Shown piece after piece: positions 13,975 through 27,868 of a stretch of 64,000 nt of DNA; position 1 is the first letter of the stretch, and the number at the start of each line of letters is the position of its first letter. Under the pieces are notes generated by a model. It searched no databases, was not told the DNA's origin, and worked only from the letters and a program-made list of their open reading frames with translations. A program made the position numbers and the translations under genes. Source of the stretch: Vicugna vicugna (lineage: Eukaryota); the NCBI GenBank assembly GCA_013265495.1, contig MU057930.1, positions 1,628,057-1,692,056 of the forward strand, given 5' to 3'.

Positions 13975-15739
13975 AAATAGTATTTCGTCTAACCTTGCTA
14001 ATTTCTCAACAAATGTCAGAAAAAAATAATTTCTTTTAATTTCTTTTAACTTAGGGAAACTATTTCCCAGTTCTTAAAGACCAGTGATTCCTGCTTTCAG
14101 ATGATAGCAGAGATTTTTGCAAAATTAGTGATTTCAGCTTCTGATAAACCCTTTCAATGTTCAGACTGTTCCAACACAAAGTAAAAAATGTACAGAAAAC
14201 AATAACATTTGCCCTTTGAACCCACGTAATTGTGCAACCATAGTTTCAGACTTTCTAATTGCGAAGTAGACGTACAAAGTGCACTCACAATGTAATTTTG
14301 TATCAGGACAGGTTAGAAAAAGTCTATTCATAAATATCCTTTTAGGAAAATACAGAATGGTTTCATTAACATTATAATTTTATACTTGGCAAGAGGGTAT
14401 TAAAATGCTTTTCAATTTGATTTTATTCCTCAGAGCTGGTTTACTTTGTCAGTCCACTGATTTAGGATGAAGGTGGTTAAATTTCAATCTGGTCTTTGCG
14501 AAAATAACAAGTCGGAACATTTGGGGTTGCAAATCTTATTTGAAGAACTGCATCGCTTGAAGCAGAAGTTAAACATGTGAATGTTAATGAATTTATTTTA
14601 CACAAATCAAACTTGCACAAAGAATTTCATACTAACATATGTACAAGCAATTTGCTCTTATTGACCTTGAAGGGTTTATCAACTCTCAAATGTTGAATCA
14701 CTTATTGGAGACATACACAGTTTTTTTTTTAAATAAAAAAAGTGTAAGAAGTCTTTGATTAAATTCAATCTGGGGTGAAAGACGACAATATTAAAATTGT
14801 ATTTTTTAATTTCCAGGCAAGAAAAAAAAAGATCTGCAAACAGGTATAACCCTGACTTGTTCTGTCACATTAAGTCCCAGGGGAAAAATAGTGCGCTGCT
14901 TTAGCTAAAATAAACAGTCCTCACGTAGAAGTTCCTGAAGCATCCCAAATTCTTAAGAAACCTCCTGCAGCATTTACTTGGGAGGCGCCAACTCTCATTT
15001 GCAACCAAGAATGAGGAAAGAAAGGATAAGGCATCCCATGTGGGGATAAGGAGTTCCTTCTGACAGGATTATGCTTGAGTCTGTAGCCTGAACCAGCTCT
15101 CTTCTTGCACAAACAACTATGTCTCAGCCATGCCTGACTCCATTCTTGGAAAGAAGTCATTCCCATGGGCTCTTCTTTCCTTGTCAATTCACTGCTCTTC
15201 TTCAAAACGCATCGTAGGCTTACATTCTCCACGAGCCATCCCTGAGCCTCTCCACTACCCGACTCCAAGCTTGCTTGGATGACGTTTCTTTGTACTCCCA
15301 CAACACCTCAGCTATACCTAAAATTCAGTACTTTCTATCTCATGTTTCAGCTGTTGGTTGGCTCCAAATGTTTCCATGGTGATGACTTGAAGGCAGCCCT
15401 GTGTTTTGCATCCTTAGTGCCCAAGACAATGGCCATACGCTAAATGTTTTCCACCATGAGTTAAAAGAAAAAAAAAGATGAAGAATCACATAACTGATAT
15501 CTTGCTTCACTGAGCGTATTTAATTTCTTTGGAATTTATTTTGTTTTTGGAAAAGCTGTTTCTGATCATCAAATCCATATTGATAGACGGTTTGAATTTT
15601 ACTTGCATCAGTCACTCTTGAAATAAAATGACCCTAATCTGAATTTTTCTTTTGTTACTCAAATTTGATCATTTGAGTTGGAACAAAGTCTGAATTGTAG
15701 ATTAAATGACTTCTTAAAAAAATACATTAAGCCTTAAAA

Positions 15740-16325
15740 AGATGCATGCACCCCAGGGTTCATGGCAGCATTATTTATAATAGACAAGACATGGAACCAA
15801 CCTAAATGTCCATCAACACATGACTGGATAAAGAATTGTGGTCTGTTTATACAATGGAATACTACTCAGCCATAAAAAAGAATAAAATAATGCCATTTGG
15901 AGCAACATGGATGTACCTGGAGATCATCAATCTAACTGAAGTAAGCCAGAAAGAGAAAGAAAAATACCATACGATGTCACTTATATGTGGAATCTAAAAA
16001 TAAGAAAAAAACAAACATTTACAAAACAGAAACAGACTCACACACAGAGAAAAGAAACTTATAGTTACCAGGGTGGGGAGGGGATGGGAAGGGATAAATT
16101 GGCAGTTCAAGATTTGCAGATACCAACTAGTATATATAAAACAGATAAACAACAAGGTCCTACTGTACAGCACAGGGAACTATATTCAATATCTTGTAGT
16201 AGCTTATGGTGAAAAAGAATATGAAAACAAATATATTTATGTTCATGTATGACTGAAGCACTGTGCTGTATAACAGAAAGGATACAACTTTGTAAACTGA
16301 CTGTACTTCAATTAAAAAAACTACA
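15740..16325 (+). mobile_element. 5'-truncated L1 3' end
   Basis: gactggataaag...ggaatactactcagccataaaaaag motifs, A-tail, flanking attaagcctt repeat. Confidence 0.88.
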
Positions 16326-19300
16326 AAAAATATATATTAAGCCTTTAAACTGCTTTAAGGAAAGATCTAATTGTGAATGAAATTTTTTTTTTTAAAAACA
16401 AAAGATATGAATCAATATTTCACCAAAGAAGATATACAATGTCTCAATTTCTGGTGTACAGCACAATGTCCCAGTCATGCATGTAAATGATCTTTTAAAA
16501 ACTTATTTTTCTTTCTTTCTTTGCTCCTGCCCCACTCAATATGTTTTGTGGTTTCTCATTTTTAAGTGAATTTCTCCCTTTGCCTTACCTTCCATTTCAT
16601 AGACTTGCATCCTCTGACAGGTGCTTGACACTTGAGTTTTCAATTATTGCATAAATGCTTTCGCTGATCTCTCTGCACTGTGTCTCACTCTCCTTTAGTC
16701 CATCTCACAATACATACTCCCTTCTATGTGACATTCCAATGTCTTCATTATAAAATTCCTTCCATCCAAGACTTCTAACTCTCTGGGCTCCACAATATTG
16801 TCTCAACTTACAACTCAGATGACATGTAACTCCATCAACGGAACCCCTATAGATTGGAGTGCCTTTGGCTGAAACAAACATGACCAATTCAAAAAGCCTT
16901 TGATGATTAGAACAATGTGTATTATCTCACAAACCATTAGATGTCAAATCAGGGGAGGTCCCAGGCTGACAAATCCAACAACATTTGCTGAGTCACACGC
17001 TCCTTCCATCCTTCCGTTCTTCCGTTTGGTCCTCAAGCCAGCTTCTTCCCTTTCCCGAGATGGCAGCCCCAGTCCTTCACATCATACCACACGTCACAGA
17101 AGACCACGATCCATACACCATTACACATAGTCATGTTCAGGAGAGAGGCTATCTCCTCCAGCCTTTCCCAGAAGCCCCCCAGTACAAGTTATTCAACTGT
17201 TCAGTGGTGGGAACTGGGCACTTTCTCAGTCCCCAAGGCATCTCCAGAAAGAGCGGTAGGAACTCTGAAAACGGCTCACACCAAGAGTAATGATCCTTGG
17301 GTCAAAGGACAGGGTCTCACGAATGTTTGAGACATGTTAGGGTTGGGTTCATCTCTGACAAATACCAAAAGTATGACAAATATCTTTCACTTGCCTGTTC
17401 AGACCCATTGTCTATTCTGCCCTCTTGCTTCTGGCTCAATTGTATGGATAACATCATGGGTCTCCTGTGAGATCTGGAAGCCAGGAGGTCATTCCAGTGG
17501 AATTCGTGATTCTAAAATGGGTGAGGTGGACTAGCAATGGTTTTTCAGAAGCTCACATCACGGCTCCCCCTACCCAGCTCATAACCTTGCTCGCTCTTTC
17601 TTTCTCTGGGCTTAGAGATACTGACAGCTCCACCACTGCTGGCCCCGGGTTCCTCCACTGACGTTTGTGGTTTCACTACATCCTATAATGTTTTGTTTGT
17701 TTGTTTTTTAACATTTTTTACATCCTATAATGTTTTGAAAAGAAATCTCCTAGGACTGTTCCACAAAGAGAAAGGAGACTTCACGACATGATGGAGAACC
17801 AACAGTACCCTACAATTGCCATCTTTAATTAAAGTTTCTTGATCTCAGGTTTTGTGCCTTTCCTATTAGACTGTCGAACCGAAACTCTATCTGAAAGCCA
17901 TGAGTGTGCACATTTTTTAGATGTATGTGCATTTGGGCATTTTTCTAAAAGGCCACCTACTTTTGGTTAAGAAATAACCCTGGAGGTGTGTATGCTGATT
18001 AAGCTCTTGGCCATAGATGGAGTCCGCATATTGTTTCTGAATGTTGAATACCATGTTTGAGAAATCTTTTTAAGTTATGTACGTGTGTTACGCAGACTTG
18101 ACAAGTGGATTGGAGTCAGCTTTATTTAGAAATACTTATTTTTAAAATATTCCTGCTTTGTTGCCTTTAAACATGAATGAATGTCTTGGTTCTGTATCTC
18201 TGAACATAATTCAGTTTCATTACCCGATTACTTACTATTGCTATACATTTATAAGAAGACCGTTAAAAAGAATTAAGAGCCTCTACTCAGTACAATTAAC
18301 ATTCAATATAAAATACCCATTAGGACACAAAGATTAGAACAAATGTGACAAGAAATAAATGAAAGGTAATAATTGTGCTAGGGTAATTTTCCAGTCAAAT
18401 AAATTAAGCTGCAACGCTCCGCTTAGGAAACTTAAAAATGCGGACAACTTTCTTTCGTGAGTAAATGAAGATTAACTTTAAGGATTGCTGTAATTAAAAA
18501 AAAGACACCAAGTGTATACAATGCAGATTTAAACATACAACAAAATCTGAATACTACCATTAAGGGAAATCTTATCAAAATGTAGCCAAACAAATGATTT
18601 TTGAGGCTTCAACTACTGTAAACTAAGATGCTCATATAACCAGAACATGACTACTTTTTGGACCAAAAAGATCTGAGAACATTTATACAGTTTAAATACT
18701 GTCTAAGGATGTGAGTGATGAGTGACTCAGGAAGGCTTGGGGAAAACTCAGGTTTTGAGGGCAAAGGCGTGAGGAGTGATTTCAAGGATCTGTTTTGCTC
18801 TTTCCTCTATTTTTTACAACATTTTAGGGGACAGCTGAACTGCCGTATTTGACTTGATCGGACCCAGGTGTGGTTAGACTTGCCGACAAACGTCATGTGA
18901 CCAATCGGAACTATTTCAATGGTCATTGAATTTGTGTTCATCAAATGATTATGAAGTGGGGTCTTTGAGACGCTGTTGTGTTGTGTTTAAGTAAAACTTA
19001 ACTCTTCCCTTTCTCAATGTAACGTCTGAAATTCTGAGTTCCAAAAAAAAAAAAAAAAAGACTCTGGACAATAAATTAACTTATTAATTTTTCAATCCTT
19101 TGTCCGTCAGATCAAAATTCTGTTGGAGCAGAAAGTACTGGCATCATTTTGGACCGTAGCATTTGGCAAACGCTGCTGAAAGCAAAACACGGGCACTGCC
19201 TTTATCTGAAGAGCAATTCCCCCCCCACCCCGCACTGGTTAGGTAGTAAATATTTTTGGCTTTATGTGCAAACTACTCAGCTTTGCCATCTTAGCTAAGT

Positions 19301-19623
19301 AAACTGATAAAACTTTATTTGTAAAAGCAGTTGGTAGAGTGGATCTTAGTCTGCATAACCCTTCCCTACGCCTCCTCCAGAGGATGTTAAAAAAATAAAT
19401 TTACAATCTCACCATCACTTGCCTTTATAAGGTCTGAAGGTGGAAAGGGGATTGCTGTATTGATTACAGAGGCTTGAGTCGTACTGACCAGCAAAATGAG
19501 TGCAAAGCATTTCAAAGGAAGTTTTAGAATTTTCTTCCCTGTCCAGGTGGTCTATGCAGACTCTCTCTAATAGGAAAAGAAAGGTCTGTTTTTATCCCTT
19601 AAAGAATCCCATTTTCTCTGCAG

Positions 19624-20310
19624 ATGATGGTGATAATGATGGCGACGATTATAGTAATAGTGATGGTGAGGATGATGGTGATGGTGAGGATGATGGTGAT
19701 GATTACAGTAATAGTAATGTAAACTTTAAACTGATAAAGGTGGAGGATGGTGGTGATAATGATGATGGTGATGATGGTCATGGTGATGATAGTGATGGTG
19801 ATGATTATGATGGTGATGATAATGGTGAGATGATGATGGTGATGATTATAGAAACAGTGATGGTGAGGATGATGGTGATGGTGATGACGATGGTGATGAG
19901 GATGATGGTGATGGTGATGATTATAGTAATAGTGATGGTGAGGATGATGGTGATGGTGATGACGATGGTGATGAGGATGATGGTGATGGTGATGATTATA
20001 GTAATAGTGATGGTGAGGATGGTGGTGATAATGATGAGGATGATGGTGATGACGATGGTGACGATAATGGTGAGGATGATGGTGATGACGATGGTGACGA
20101 TAATGATGGTGATGATAATGATGGTTATGGTGATGATTATACTAATCATGATGGTGAGGATGGTGGTGATGATCATGATGATGGTGATGGTGGTGATGAT
20201 CGTGATGATAATGATGGTGATGGTGATGATTATAGTAATAGTGATGGTGAGGATGGTGGTGATAATGATGATGGTGGTGATGATGGTGGTGACGGTGATA
20301 ATGGTGATGA
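19624..20310. repeat. (GAT/GGT)n trinucleotide low-complexity repeat with ~75-bp higher-order unit
   Basis: Units at 19841, 19916 and 19991 begin gatgattatag... Confidence 0.93.
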
Positions 20311-20896
20311 TTTGGCACAGGAATGTCCATATCTAAGAAATGGGAGATGAGATAATATGAGTAAAAAGTAAAAACCAAAACCAAAACCAAAACAAACGTA
20401 AGATAAATTTAGAAGAAAGGGTTATAATGAATGAGGGAGGATCCCACGCTATTAAACTGCCTGGCACCTAGGAAAGAGCACTATTTAGAGCGTGACAAAA
20501 TGAACTGTGCTCTTAATGTGTCTTTTCCTGTGTGTTTGGGCTTCTTGTCTTTCTCAGTGTCATTTACAATCCCCAGATGTGAAAGTCGGTGAACATTTGT
20601 ATTCCAACCTCAAAACCTTTCTGCTGAGCGCATTTCCATGTGTTCTCAAGCAAACCGCTCATCTGAAGCACAGAATCTCACAGTATTCCTTGAGTGAGTC
20701 ACCGAGAACTTGAAGAAATTCTCTCTCCCCACCATGTCGATTATCCTCAGGGTTTTGGGAAAGTTGCTTCTCTCTGAGTGGACACTGGGATTGTAACATC
20801 GACTGGAGGACCTAAGAGGACATTAAGCTAGAGTTGAGTTAAATATTTACACTGATAGACACATGCGTGAGGTGAAGAGGTTCAAATGACCCCCAC

Positions 20897-21266
20897 TGTC
20901 TTAGTCCATTCAGGCTGCTGTCACTGAGTATCACATTGTCATTGGCTTAAAAACAATATAAACTTATTTCTCACAGCCTGGAGGCTGGAAGTCCAAGATC
21001 AAGGCGCCAGCAGATTTTGTGTCTGGTGAAGACCCTCCTTTCTCCCTGGTTCCCAGACAGTCATCTTCTCACTGTGTCTCCACATGGTGAGAGAGACGAG
21101 GGAGTTCCCTGGGGGTCTCCTTCATAAGGGCATTAATCCCATTTATGAGGGCTCCACCCTCATGACCTCATGACCTCTCAGAGGCACCGCCTCCTGAGAT
21201 CTTTCACACTGGGGAAGAGGTTTTTAACATGAATTTTGGTGGAACACAAACATTCAATCTATAGCA
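20897..21266 (-). mobile_element. MaLR LTR (MLT1A-like)
   Basis: tgtcttagtccattcaggctgc...ctggaggctggaagtccaagatcaagg...acacaaacattcaatctatagca. Confidence 0.85.
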
Positions 21267-23050
21267 CCCGAAGTACAGCCTTATTCATAGTGTTGTAGTC
21301 ATTTCATTGTACATCAAACGTGGGCCTAATACCCTCTTTGGCAAGGAGGAGGGACATCCTTATAACCTAAGCTGTGAATATGTCCAAAGAAATTGCTTCT
21401 TTCTCTGAGAAGGACAATTTCCTTGGACTTTGAGCTGTTCATTTGATACCTGTTGTATCTTTCAGCATAAGTATCTGATAAGAAAGCAACATTGATGGGG
21501 TCACTGGGGTTTTTGATGCCTGGATCAACACTGACTATTTCTTTGTCTAGCTAAAGAGAAACGTTTCAAGTTTGTCATTTAATCTTCTATAACTCACAAG
21601 CTTCTACTGAAATTGCTCTAATTCATAGCTATCTTATAATTATGGATTCTATGGTATGTGTTATTTCTGGTTACTTCTCGTTGTCATAAAAATACTTCTG
21701 GATTTTTTTTTTTTTAGAAATCTGCCATAACTTAAGATTAGTGACGATGGCATTAAGGTGATATTAGATATTAAGATGGTATTAAGGTTAATCACTGGAT
21801 CTAGCTTCTAGGTTCCAACTCAGCCTTTGCATACATGTGGAAGCTCTTTGGTTGCTATTTCATCATTGGGAAACAAAGGACATTTAAGTCACTCTAAATT
21901 CTGGTATTTGAATTAATATTCATCATAGATTTGAATGCAATTGTTCTCCAAGGAACTCAAAATGTACTTGTCATGATCATTCATCTTTACACTTTGAAGC
22001 CAGAAGCAACAACTAAGTAATGAGAAAACAAATGACCACAGCAACAGCAACAATTTTGGGGTGCTGCCGATGTGAGTATCAATCTCAAATTGGTCATATA
22101 ACTTTAACATAGGACATAGCTCATCTCTCTTAGTACCTATGATCTCAGAAGAATGAAAAAGTTAATAATAGCAGCATGTTAACATAATGAGGACGAGATG
22201 TGAAACAGAAGGAATGTCTCAGGCATGTCATCTGTGCCTGGTCTGAAGCTTTTCTTCTTGTTATCGAGAAGATGATAACATTGACCTCATCACGACTCTC
22301 CAGTTTACTCTAGTGGAATTGCAGGCTTGAAACGAAAATGCACAGCATCATTGTAAACATTTTTTTTTTAATGTGAAGGAATTTAAGGGTTTTGGAGGAC
22401 GTCATGCCATCAATGGTTCCTTGAGTCTGTTTGCTAGAAATATAAACGAAAACCGATTCACTCGTTGAAAATCATGAGAAGTTACCGATAATAATTCTTT
22501 TTTTTTTCCCCCTCAACGTGTTGAAGAAAGAATGTTGCATTTCCCTGACTGGTATCTCGTTACACGTGGACTGTGCACAAGTTAGATTATATCATTACAC
22601 AATCATCAAACTTCCAACCAGACGGTAACAAGCGTGGGAGACACTTACTCATCCCAGTACCTTTCTTTTCCCTGGCAGATGCTTCTGGTTAGTTCAACAG
22701 AAGAAGAGTCTACCCTGGGCCAGGCTGGGTAAGGCACTGGGACGAGACATCGAACATGGTGCACCCAGACTCTTAGAGAACAAGACAGAACATTTAGAGC
22801 AGATCTGCAACTCACTGGTCATCTCTCATGACCCAGAAGACTTCTTTTACACTTCATTAAAAAAATGTGGAAACAGTCTACAGGAAAAACACCACCACCG
22901 CTCAGCTTTCTGTGGATGTACCTCAGCTCCCGTACTCCTGCACAGCAATAAGCCACTTTGGATGCTGACATAGAAGAGGACACATACTGTCTCATTCCCC
23001 TGCTGAGAGGCACTCTTCACTACGTGATTTAGTACAGTGGTCCCCTTCTT

Positions 23051-24000
23051 TTTTTAATTTTTAAATTTTTTTTTATTGAGTTATAGTCATTTTACAATGT
23101 TGTGTCAATTTCTGGTGCACAGCACAATTTTTAGTCATACATGAACATACATACATTCATTTTCACATTTTTTTTTTGCTGTGAGCCACCACAAGATCTT
23201 GTATATATTTCCCTGTGCTATACAGTATAATCTTGTGTATCTATTCTACATGTTGAAATCCCAGTCTGTCCCTTCCCACTCCCCTCCCCCTGGCAACCAC
23301 AAGTTTGTATTCTATGTCTGTGAGTCTGTTTCTGTTTTATATATAAGTTCATTTGTCTTATTATTATTATTATTTAGATTTCAAATATAAGTAATGTCAC
23401 ATAGGGTTTTTCTTTCTCTTTCTAGCTTTCTTCACTTAGAATGACATTTTCCAGGGACATCCATGTTGCTGCAAATGGCATTACTTTATTCTTTTTTATG
23501 GCCAAGTAGTATTCCATTGTACAAATATTACCACATCTTGTGACTGGATGAACATCTAAGTTATTTCCATGTCTTGGCTATTGCAAATAGTGCTGCTATG
23601 AACACTGGGGAGCAGGTGTCTTTTTGAATTAAGGTTCCTTCTGGATACAAGCCCAGGAGCAGGATTCCTGGGTCATATGATAAGTCTATTTCTAGTCTTT
23701 CGAGGAATCTCCATACTGTTTTCCACAGTGGCTGCACCAAACTGCATTCCCACCAGCAGTGTAGGAGGGTTCCCCTTTCTCCACAGCCTCTCCAGCATTT
23801 GTCATTTTTGGATTTTTGAATGATGGCCATTCTGGCTGGTGTGTGGTGATGCCTCATGGTAGTTTTGATTTGCATTTCTCTGATAATGAGTGATATTGAG
23901 CATTTTTTCATGTGCCTACTGATCATTCGTATTTCTTCATTGGTGAATTGCTTGTTTGGGTCTTCTGCCCATTTTTGGATTGGGTTGTTTGTTTTTTGAG
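23051..24000 (-). mobile_element. L1 3' end with ORF2 C-terminus
   Basis: ORF 23561-23926 [23 protein letters not shown]...[18 protein letters not shown] (L1 ORF2 Cys-rich domain); TSD ccccttctt. Confidence 0.92.
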
Positions 24001-25159
24001 ATGACCCCTTCTTAATAGACGTTTTTAAACTTTAACATTTAAGCAGACTCGAAATAACTGTATGTGGGCAAGACAGAATGATGCTCATGTTCATTATGTA
24101 GGAACGCAGATGTAGTAATGGGATGCTTACGTGGCTATAACCAATGTGAAATGTTGACTAATTAAAAGGATGAATAATCACTGTAATAAAATAGCTAAGA
24201 AAAAATGTGCCAGGGAATAATGGTGGGATGAGGATTTGAGACAAAGTGTCACTCTAGTACTTATTTTAAAATCACTCGAATTATCTCAGAATTGGGGTGT
24301 CTGGTTACATTCTTGTTATGGACCGAAACTCCACTGGGAATTTTCCATGGAGAAGAATAAACAATGTTTCTTTCAAGAGTAGACAGTGGGAAAGTAACAC
24401 TTCACATTTTCTTGTAGCAATTTGTAAATGTTTTCCTACCCAAATTCCCGTAGGATTTCTCTCCTACATCTTTAGTCATCGTTGAAAATTGGAGGACTTC
24501 TTTGTACTGGTATTATGAATAGTACATCTCATAAAGCGTTGAATATTTTGAAACAATCACAGTTTATCTGGAAAGGGCAAAGGGCAGAGTCAATCAGTTA
24601 CTATCTTTCACAGATTGGATTTTGGGTTGTGGCGAGGAGTTCAAAGGAATCGGGCTGACGCTGTAATTCTTGCAGCATTTTTTTTTTATGGGGGCCTGGT
24701 TAACAGTCTTCAGATTCTGAATTACATGTATGTAGTTTGGAACCCATCATTTTTATAAGCTCTTTGATTATATTTTTGGCTTGTGGAGATATTCTCATAG
24801 CAGATACGAAGCTAACAGAAATAAACTGTGGGCATCTTTTGACTCTGCTCACTTCCAAACCTCAGCAAGGTATTTGATGCCAGAGGGCCAGAAGCAAGCT
24901 CCCTGGGGAAGCACCGTTCTGCAAGAGGCCCTGCTGGTCTCCAAGTATGGGCACTCACCACTTTGTGTAATGCTGCCTCATCGAGTGTTGGCTGTTCCAG
25001 GGACAGAATGCCACTTTCATGATTAGCTCATAAAAGACTCTGACTGCTGTCCTGTTGGACCTCTCTCTGTCACCTTCTTGACTTACAGGCTTTGATGAAA
25101 AACACAGCCATGCTGGAGATGTTCATGGGGTAAGGAAATTAGGGTGGCCTCTGGCCAGT

Positions 25160-25785
25160 TGTTATGGGCTGAATGTTTGTGTCGCCCCCAAATTCATATA
25201 TTGAAGCCCTAACTCCCAAAGTGAAGGTATTTGAGGTGGAGCCTTTGGGAAATAATTAGGTTTAGATGAGGTTGGGGCCACCATGATGGGTTACCATCCT
25301 TAGAAGAGAGATCAAAGCATTGTCTCTCTCTCTCCCCCTCCCTCTCTCTCCCTCCCCCATGTCCTCCTCTCTCCCTCCCCCTCCCCCNNNNNNNNNNNNN
25401 NNNNNNNNNNNNNNNNNNNNNNNNNNNNNNNNNNNNNNNNNNNNNNNNNNNNNNNNNNNNNNNNNNNNNNNNNNNNNNNNNNNNNNNNNNNNNNNNNNNN
25501 NNNNNNNNNNNNTCTCTTCCCCCCTCTCTCTCCCCCCATGTCCTCCTCTCTCCCTCCCCCTCTCCCCACTCTCCACCAATGCACACACAGAAGAGGTCAT
25601 GGAGGCACACAGGGAGATGGCAGCCACCTGCTTGTCAAGACAAGAGGATGAGAATAAAACCCTACCTTGATGACACCTGAACCTTGGGTTTCCCAGTCTC
25701 CAGAACAGTGACAAAAAAGGGTCTGCTCTCTAAGCCCCCACCCCGTCCATGGGGTTTTGTTATGGCAGCCCAAGGACCTGTGACA
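25160..25785 (+). mobile_element. MaLR LTR (MLT1A-like) nested in an older MLT1; contains the assembly gap
   Basis: Starts tgttatgggctgaatgtttgtgtc..ccaaattcatat and ends ttgttatggcagccc..gaca. Confidence 0.8.
25388..25512. other. Assembly gap (125 N)
   Basis: Direct reading. Confidence 1.
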
Positions 25786-27174
25786 CCCATTGAGATCCTC
25801 AGTCCGACAACTCACGAGGAACTGAATTCTGCCTACAGCTTCACTGAGCTTGGCGGCGGCTCCTTCCCCAGTCAAACCATCAGATGAGACCTCAGTTACG
25901 GCCACCACTGTGACGTCAATCTCCCGAGGGACGCTGAGACCCAGTGACCCAGCTAAGTCACGCCTGGATTCCCAACTCCCAGAAACTGTGAGATAACAAT
26001 TGTGCTGCCTTAAGTCACACATCGGTTGTAATTTGTGACGCAGCAAGAGGTGACAACTCACACGGATGCACAGGAGCAGGTGGAGTCGTAGGTTCCAGGT
26101 GGGAGGATGAGAGTCACAGATGTTTCGGAAAAACACAGTCTATCGGAGAATCATCCCAGGCGGTCAGTCAGAACTGGGGAATGGGTTGCAGGAACCAAAA
26201 CACCTGCATCATCACTGGCACAACCATTTGAGTTTCCTGTCACTTTCTATTTGATTTCTGTTTCCCTTGGCTCATTATCCACACTCCTGATAGAAGTGAA
26301 CCCCTGAGCGGAAGGTACCTTGTTTGCAAAGGCAGCCCTGATGCAGTCCAGTAGTCGCTTGGGTCATTCCCTAGAATCTTTGGTTCTGCTGTTCTTTTTC
26401 AAATGTTAGGGGAGAAAGCAAGAGAGTTTTGGTGCTGGAAAAAAGTTACTTCGGTCTTTACTACCGGATGTGGATGTGGAAGACAGGTCCCACAGAGGAA
26501 GGGGCTAGACGGGGCTAGGTTGGCATACCTCTCACGATTGCTAGGAAGGACCTACTGTGGAGTGCGAATCAATAATTCAGTCTTCACTCGATAACATGAT
26601 TGTTCATTAGGTCTTCTCGACCAACAAGAGGAGTCATTCATTTGTGAGGCTATGAATCAATTCTGGAACAAACTTATGCAAATAGTGACTCTTTTTTTTT
26701 TTTTTCTCCTTTAATCAAAACGTACTCTGGTCGGTGATCAGCACTAAATAAAACATTGCATGTCTTCTTCCCTTCCTTTGATGTTCTGAGTCTCTTGTTC
26801 GTTATCCCAATGACAAGCTCAAAGCAAACTAACTACATGAAAATCCTACAGAACTGAATTTTGACTATAAGTGGCCTTAACTCGGTGTAGCCCGTGAAAT
26901 GGCAAGGGACACTCTGTTCTCATTTATGTTTCAGTGGATCTTTCTGTGGGGACCACAAATGTCATCGCTCGTATTTCACAGGAGGATAAGAAGAAAGGTG
27001 AAGGGGGCAAAAGGGCATTTTCTTTCAGCTGTTGCAAAAGGCAGAATGAGGAGAGTTGGTCTTCAGTGTCAGCTCAAATAGTTCAGCTGGATTTTGTTAA
27101 AAAATTGGCATGCAGAAATGTGGTCAGGCTCTACAAGTGTTTGTACCCTTTTGCTATAAAACTCCTAGAGGAAA

Positions 27175-27868
27175 ACGTAGGCAGAACATTCTGTGATATA
27201 AATCACAGCAATAATTTTTTTTTTTGGATCCGTCTCCTTAAGCAACAAGGTGATTTATAGTATCTGGTCTTACATTCAGGTCTTTAATACAGTTTTAGTT
27301 TATTTTTGTACATGGTGCTCGAGAATGATCTATCTTCATTCTTTTCCTTGTAGCCTTCTTGTTTTCCCAACACCACTTCTAGAAGAGACTGTCTTTTCTC
27401 TACTGTACGTAGGCAGAACATTCTGTGATATAAATCACAGCAATAATTTTTTTTTTTGGATCCGTCTCCTTAAGCAACAAGGTGCTTTATAGTATCTGGT
27501 CTTACATTCAGGTCTTTAATACAGTTTGAGTTTATTTTTGTACATGGTGCTCGAGAATGACCTAACTTCATTCTTTTCCTTGTAGCCTTCTGGTTTTCCC
27601 AACACCACTTCTAGAAGAGACTGTCTTTTCTCTACTGTATGTAGGCAGAACATTCTATGAAATAAATCACAGCAATAATTTTTTTTTGGATCCGTCTCCT
27701 TAAGCAACAAGGTGATTTATAGTATCTGGTCTTACATTCAGGTCTTTAATACAGTTTTAGTTTATTTTTGTACATGGTGCTCGAGAATGATCTATCTTCA
27801 TTCTTTTCCTTGTAGCCTTCTTGTTTTCCCAACACCACTTCTAGAAGAGACTGTCTTTTCTCTACTGT
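27175..27868. repeat. Tandem triplication of a ~232-bp L1-derived unit
   Basis: Units start at 27175, 27407 and 27639. Confidence 0.93.

Larger units (their letters stand above)
24880..26062 (+). mobile_element. Older MLT1 (E/F/G-like) LTR split by the MLT1A insertion
   Basis: Motifs gaggaactgaattctgcc, gacccagctaag, cagaaactgtgagataa downstream and agggtggcctctggcca upstream. Confidence 0.6.

Noticed and set aside
19500..20390. Met/Val-, Ile/Thr- and His-rich ORFs
   Set aside because: Frames of a trinucleotide repeat; no evidence of a gene.
25209..25714. ORFs spanning the N gap
   Set aside because: Artefacts of translating Ns and LTR sequence.
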